Shown: piece after piece, positions 58,840-64,000 of the stretch
How positions within the stretch are numbered: position 1 is the first letter of the stretch
Layout: each line of letters opens with the position of its first letter
DNA from: Heterodontus francisci
Lineage: Eukaryota
Length of the DNA stretch: 64,000 bases
Direction: 5' to 3'
Assembly: GCF_036365525.1 (NCBI RefSeq)
Contig: NC_090404.1
Span: 7,006,001-7,070,000, forward strand
Notes under the pieces: generated by a model
Database searches by the model: none
What the model was told of the DNA's origin: nothing
What the model saw: only the letters and a program-made list of their open reading frames with translations
Position numbers and translations under genes: made by a program

Positions 58840-60295
58840 AATGATAAAGCTAAGAAGGAGGCCATTCAGCCTTTTAGGCCTGTGCCAACTCTTTGATAAA
58901 TCGATCCAATTATTCCAATACCCACTGCTACTTCCACAGAGTGGTGCAACTCTTTTTCAATTTGAAATATTTATTAAATTTCCTTTTAAAAGTTATTATT
59001 CAATCTGCTTCCACCATGCTTTCAGGCAGTGCATTCCAAATCATAACAATTCCCTCTTTCATTTATATTCCCCCTCATATCGCCTACAGTCAGAGAGTTA
59101 CTTACGGCACAGAACGAGGCCATCGGCCCATTGAGTCCACAGAGCTATTCAATTAGCCCCATTCCCCCACGCACCCTCATAGCCCTGCAAGTCTATTTAC
59201 TTCAAGTGGTCATCCAATTCCATTTTGAAGTCATTTCTAGTCTTCGCTTCCACTCCCCATGTGGGCAGCGAGATCCAGATCATTCCCACCCACCGCACAA
59301 AAAGTGCTTCCTCATATTCCCCCTGCATCACTTACCCAAACCTTCAATCTGTGTCCCCTAGTCCTTGTACCATTAGTTAATGTGAACGGTTTTTCCTTCT
59401 CTAATTTACCTAAGTCTTTCATAATCTAGTACATTTCTGTCAAATTTCCCCCCAATCTCCTTTCTTCTAAGGAGAATAACCCCAGTTTCTCCAACCGAAC
59501 CTTGTAACTAAAATCCTCCATCCCTGGAACCATTCTGATAAATTTCTCTCAAGGACCTTCACATCCTTCCAAAGGTGTGGTGATCAGAACTGGATGCAAT
59601 ACCCCAGTTGTGGCCTAACCAGAGCTTTATGGAAGTTTAGCATAACTTCCCTGCTTATGTTCTCAATGCCTCTGCTTATGAAGCCCAAGATCAAATATGC
59701 TTTACTAAGAACACACTCAATATGTCCTGCCACCTTCAAAGATCGATGCACATGCACTCCAAAGTCCCTCTGTTCCTGCACAATCTTTAGAATTGTGCCA
59801 TTAAGTACATATTGCCTCTCCCTATTCCTTCTGCCAAAATACATCACCACGCGCTTGTATTAAATTCCATCTGCCACTTATCTGCTCTCTCTGCTCGCCT
59901 ATCTAAGTCCTGTTTATATCATCCTCACTGTTTTCCAGGCCTTAAGATTTGGTGTCATCAGCAAGTTTTGAGATTCTACTCCATTTCCACTTGAATCTGT
60001 GTCCTCTGGTTATCAACCCTTCTACCACTGGATATATTTTCAGTTTATTTATTCTATCCAGCCTCTTCATGATTTTGAATGTCTCTATGACATCCCCTTT
60101 TAACATTCTCTGCTTTCAGCAGAACAATCTCAGCTTCTCCAGCCTCTTCATGTAACTGAAATCTTTCACCCAAAGTATCATTTTCGAAAATCTTTCTGGA
60201 CCCTCTTCAATGCCTCGATGTCCTTCTGAAAATTTGACGCCCCGAAATGGGCACAATACTCCAGCTGGGGCCGACTGGTGTTTTGTAAAAGTTTA
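58840..60295 (-). mobile_element. Nested decayed CR1 LINE 3' fragments
   Basis: QRDFGVHVHRSLK...LVRPQLGYCIQF. Confidence 0.75.
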
Positions 60296-60319
60296 TCCTA
60301 ATCCTTATTTTTCTATTGG

Positions 60320-61900
60320 AGTAGTCTATGGTCTAGTGCAATGAGAACTGAGACAAAAGCTAAGTTAATATCAACAGATACATGGCACGGTGTACTAATA
60401 GCTGAGACAGGATCTAGTGTAATATAAATTGACACATTATGCAATGAAATACTAAAAGATACATTATCTAGGGTAATGTAGACGGAGATGTGACGTCGTA
60501 TCCTATAAACAGCGAAATCATCTTGTGCAATAAATTTAGAGCCTTGGTCAAATTTATTAAATGATCTGAAATTACGTTTTGAATAGAAGGAAATAAAATG
60601 CTAAAACATAATTTGTGAAGATAATCATCTATCTTTGTCGAATCCACACACACGCACATACACGCATGTGCAGTTATATGTGTGTTTGTGTGTGCTCGAT
60701 TCGGTTTAGGTTATTCCGATGTCGCGGCTGAGAGCTATAGAATTCAGTGGATTTTAGGACCCTGCGGCAGTCCAAACGGCTGTGCGGTGTCACAGTTCCA
60801 GACTCTGTCTGATGCAGTCAGTTAGTTCGAGGAAGGCTAAATAGAAAAGCCTACATCCTTGAACAAGAAAAAGAAACCATGAGCAATTATCACAGTACAA
60901 CACGAATACGAATTAGTAAAATTTATCACAACAGTTTGTCACTGCGTAGTAAAAAAAAAGACATGCTCTGTTGCTCACTGTTAGTTCTGTCCTTCAATTC
61001 CAGTTTATCTCTGAAAGATTGTTACATTACTCCAGCTGAGGCTTACCAGTGTTTTGCAAAAGGTTAGCATAATGATTATTTTTCTACTGGAATGGACTAT
61101 GGCCGAGTGCAATGAGAACTGAGGCACAGATTACTGCAATATAGACAGATACATGGTCCTGTCGAGCACATTACATTGCACTAAACCCTGTTTACATTAC
61201 ATCACACTCGGCCCTATTTCTTGTCTCCGTTTTCAATGCAGAAAAGTGTGCCTCATAGTATAATATACAAGATTCTGCCTCAGTTATTACTGTACTAGAC
61301 CATCTCTCTCTCTTATATTTCCCTACCTCCTCCCTCAGTTATTAACCATGTTTCTATTTCCATTGCACTGGACCCTAACTCAGTTATCATTTGACTAAAT
61401 AAATTCTCTGCTGGTATTTCACTAGACCCTTCCTCTGTTTGTGTTGCACTAGACCCTGTGTCATTTATTACTCCATTGGACCATGTCCCTGTTTACATTA
61501 CACTAGAAATTATCTCAGTTGGCACTGCTTTAGAAATCTCTTTGTTTATATTGCACATGACTCATTCTAGATTATTACGACACGAGACCATGCATCTGCT
61601 CAGATTACGCTAAACTGTGTCTCAGTTATTTCTGCTCTGGACCATATCTCTGTTTAGATTATACTAGGCCTGCTCCATCTTACTACATTAGACCATGTGC
61701 AATTATTAGTGCAGGAGACTATTTATCTGTTTATAATACATTATGCTATTCTCAGTTATTATAGCACTAACTCATGTCCCACCTATATTGCACTAGATCA
61801 TGTTGTATTTTTATATTATGCTAGGCCATGCGTTAGTTACTACTGCACGATTATACCACACTAAACCATGTCACTTCGTCTCGGAGGTTAGCTTGCGTCT
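60320..61900. repeat. Degenerate ~25-30-bp minisatellite (CTCAGTTATTACTG.ACTAGACC) in both orientations; resumes at 63915-64000
   Basis: Reverse units at 60320-60450 and 61085-61165, forward units at 61170-61900. Confidence 0.65.
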
Positions 61901-62647
61901 CAGTTATTAATGAATTGAACCGTAAATATATTGGAGGACGGCGAGGAGTAGATAGTGAAGGTAACAGGCTAAAAGGGAAGTTTGTGGAAACAGAAATGGT
62001 GTTGAATTCACTGAAAAGCAGCAACCGTTTTATTCCTTTGCAAAAGAGGGAAATAATAAATCAGTCATTTACAGATTTTCACATCAGGTACAGGCAGTTT
62101 CATTTTTACCATCACTTGCATAAATCATCACACACTCGAGGTATATACCAGCAGCTACTGTGTGATGGTGAGGTGATCACTTAACAGAGACAGGTGGGTC
62201 GCTGCTTATTTCCCTCGATCTGCAATTACATTTTGAATTTAATAAATGCAAAAAGAAAGATCAGTGAAGCTAATTATTTCTATTTGTGGAATTGAAAGCA
62301 ATATGATGTGTTTTGTTCACATACACAAACACATAAATAAGTAAACACTTGCAGGTTATTTTGCTGGAAGTGTGAAGCCAGGGGCTCAATGGGCACTGTG
62401 CTAATGAAACACCCTGTTTGAATGTCTGCATTTAGCACACAATTTTGATCCTAATTGATAATTACCACAATTGTATTTGCCTGAAGGTGCTAAACCAGAG
62501 ACCTGCAGATTTAGCTCTCAAGTGCTGATTAACCACAATTTTCTTGAAACAGTCTATGTGGGTTCCATGAACCCACTTCTCGTACAAGTGTTGGGTGGCC
62601 TGGCTGACACACAGTGACATGTTTACGGATGGCTCAGGAGCCAACTG

Positions 62648-62880
62648 AGAGTGTGCACAGATTCTCAGATACAGCATTGTAGGTCCTGGTGAAGGAGATC
62701 CTGGGGAGGCAGGATATCCTGTACCGCAATGGGGCAGGACACCACCTCATTCAACTGTCTCACTATCCTGCAGCAACTGGGGCTGCTCTGCCTGGCCTCA
62801 TGTCCTCCCCTCCATTCAGCCAACCAGCAAGGTGCCAATGATCAAGTACTTCTTTTCTCCCGTTGACTTCGATAAGGTTA
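62648..62880 (+). mobile_element. Possible Harbinger-type Myb/SANT ORF remnant
   Basis: HRFSDTAL*VLVKEILGRQDILY resembles the Myb/SANT-like N-terminus; highly decayed. Confidence 0.35.
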
Positions 62881-64000
62881 AGTCGCACAGCTCTTACACT
62901 TCTTGAGTGAGGCCTTCAGAGAATTTCCAAGAATAAATTTTGATAGGGTGTTGGAAAAGTCGGAAAAGTGTCCCAGAATTTCTCCGGATGGGTTTCAAAA
63001 GTCCGCTTCAAACTTCCAGCAACCAATGGACAATAAAAGGTGATGTACCTTTAAGTAGCACAGAATACCTCTGCAGCAACGTTTTACTCCCAATCAGCTG
63101 GTTGTTGTTTAGAGAGAGGGTTGGCCAAGTGCTAGTTACCAAAATGGTGTGCAGCCGATTTAATAAGCGTTAACAGAAGATTTTCAGTAACAATCAGCTG
63201 CAGACTGATCCTCCGTATCCTAGTCCAAGTGTCAACTCTTTTACCAAGACATTATCTTCCATTAAACTCAGGCTAAATCAATGTTTCAGCTAGAGATCCC
63301 ACCTTGGCTCCATTGGAGCCTACATCGCACTTAAAGTATCAGGGACGTCCCCCCTCTACCATCCTCCCCCGACAATGTCTTTCAGGTGACATCATGAAAC
63401 AATAGTCTCGCCTCTCCCTCTTCTCTGTTGATGTGGCTATTAAAGTTCCCATAGTTCCCACACTGTGTCCTGATCAACATTCCTCCCTTCAACCATGGTT
63501 TGACATCCTTCCATCTACATGCAGCAAACCATTTATTAAGGTGGTGTGTCTTCTCTTGGTGTGCCTTTGCTGAGGGCTGTGAAGGCCAATCATTGAGGGG
63601 CAGCTGCTGCCACAAGTGCCACAACTTAATCAACCAAAATCAATGAAAATACATTGACAGATGTTCAGTCACTTTGCTCTATTATTGATGTTTCTGGGCA
63701 CAAATCGGCCACGTTCATCTGGAAATAGTTGCACCACACATTTTGGGACCTCTGAGAGAAGGTGATGATCTTGTACATCAATGCTAGTTGTTTCTTGGTG
63801 TATTACGACCAGAAACAGTAACTGACATCGACATTTTCACAATAGGAGTAATGGCCAAATACAACCACCAGGTGTCAGTGAAAGCCCGATTGTTGACATT
63901 ACATGAAACAGGTGCTGCCTCAGTTATTACTGTACTGAACCCTGTATCTGTTTCTATTAGACTAGACTCGGTCTCAGTTTATATGAAGCTAGAGCCGGCT

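Overview
This is eukaryotic, AT-rich, repeat-dense genomic DNA from a cartilaginous fish. The constant exons closely resemble the horn shark (Heterodontus) IgM heavy chain as I recall it; the species is not verified. The window holds two IgM heavy-chain mini-clusters in convergent, tail-to-tail orientation. Cluster A (+ strand, 1-6799; only the end of CH1, CH2-CH4/secretory tail and TM1/TM2 fall in the window) has four separate lesions: a CH3 nonsense codon, a deleted secretory poly(A) signal, a GT>TT TM1 donor and a mutated membrane poly(A) signal. Cluster B (- strand, 35077-54247) is complete and apparently intact: L-V-D1-D2-J-CH1-4-sec-TM1-TM2 with 23/12/22/12/12/23-type RSSs. Between them lie two + strand T-cell receptor alpha/delta-type V pseudogenes (26519-26955 and 28949-29233), one with its own promoter and leader and the other with a damaged 23-RSS. 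The IgM clusters therefore appear interleaved with a TCR alpha/delta V array, the layout that would permit Ig-TCR chimeric rearrangement. The rest is CR1/L2-type LINEs, a Tx1 fragment, Penelope elements carrying minimal hammerhead ribozymes, V-SINE/HE1-like and Deu-type SINEs, and mini/microsatellites. Repeat boundaries are approximate; exon and RSS coordinates were read base by base.
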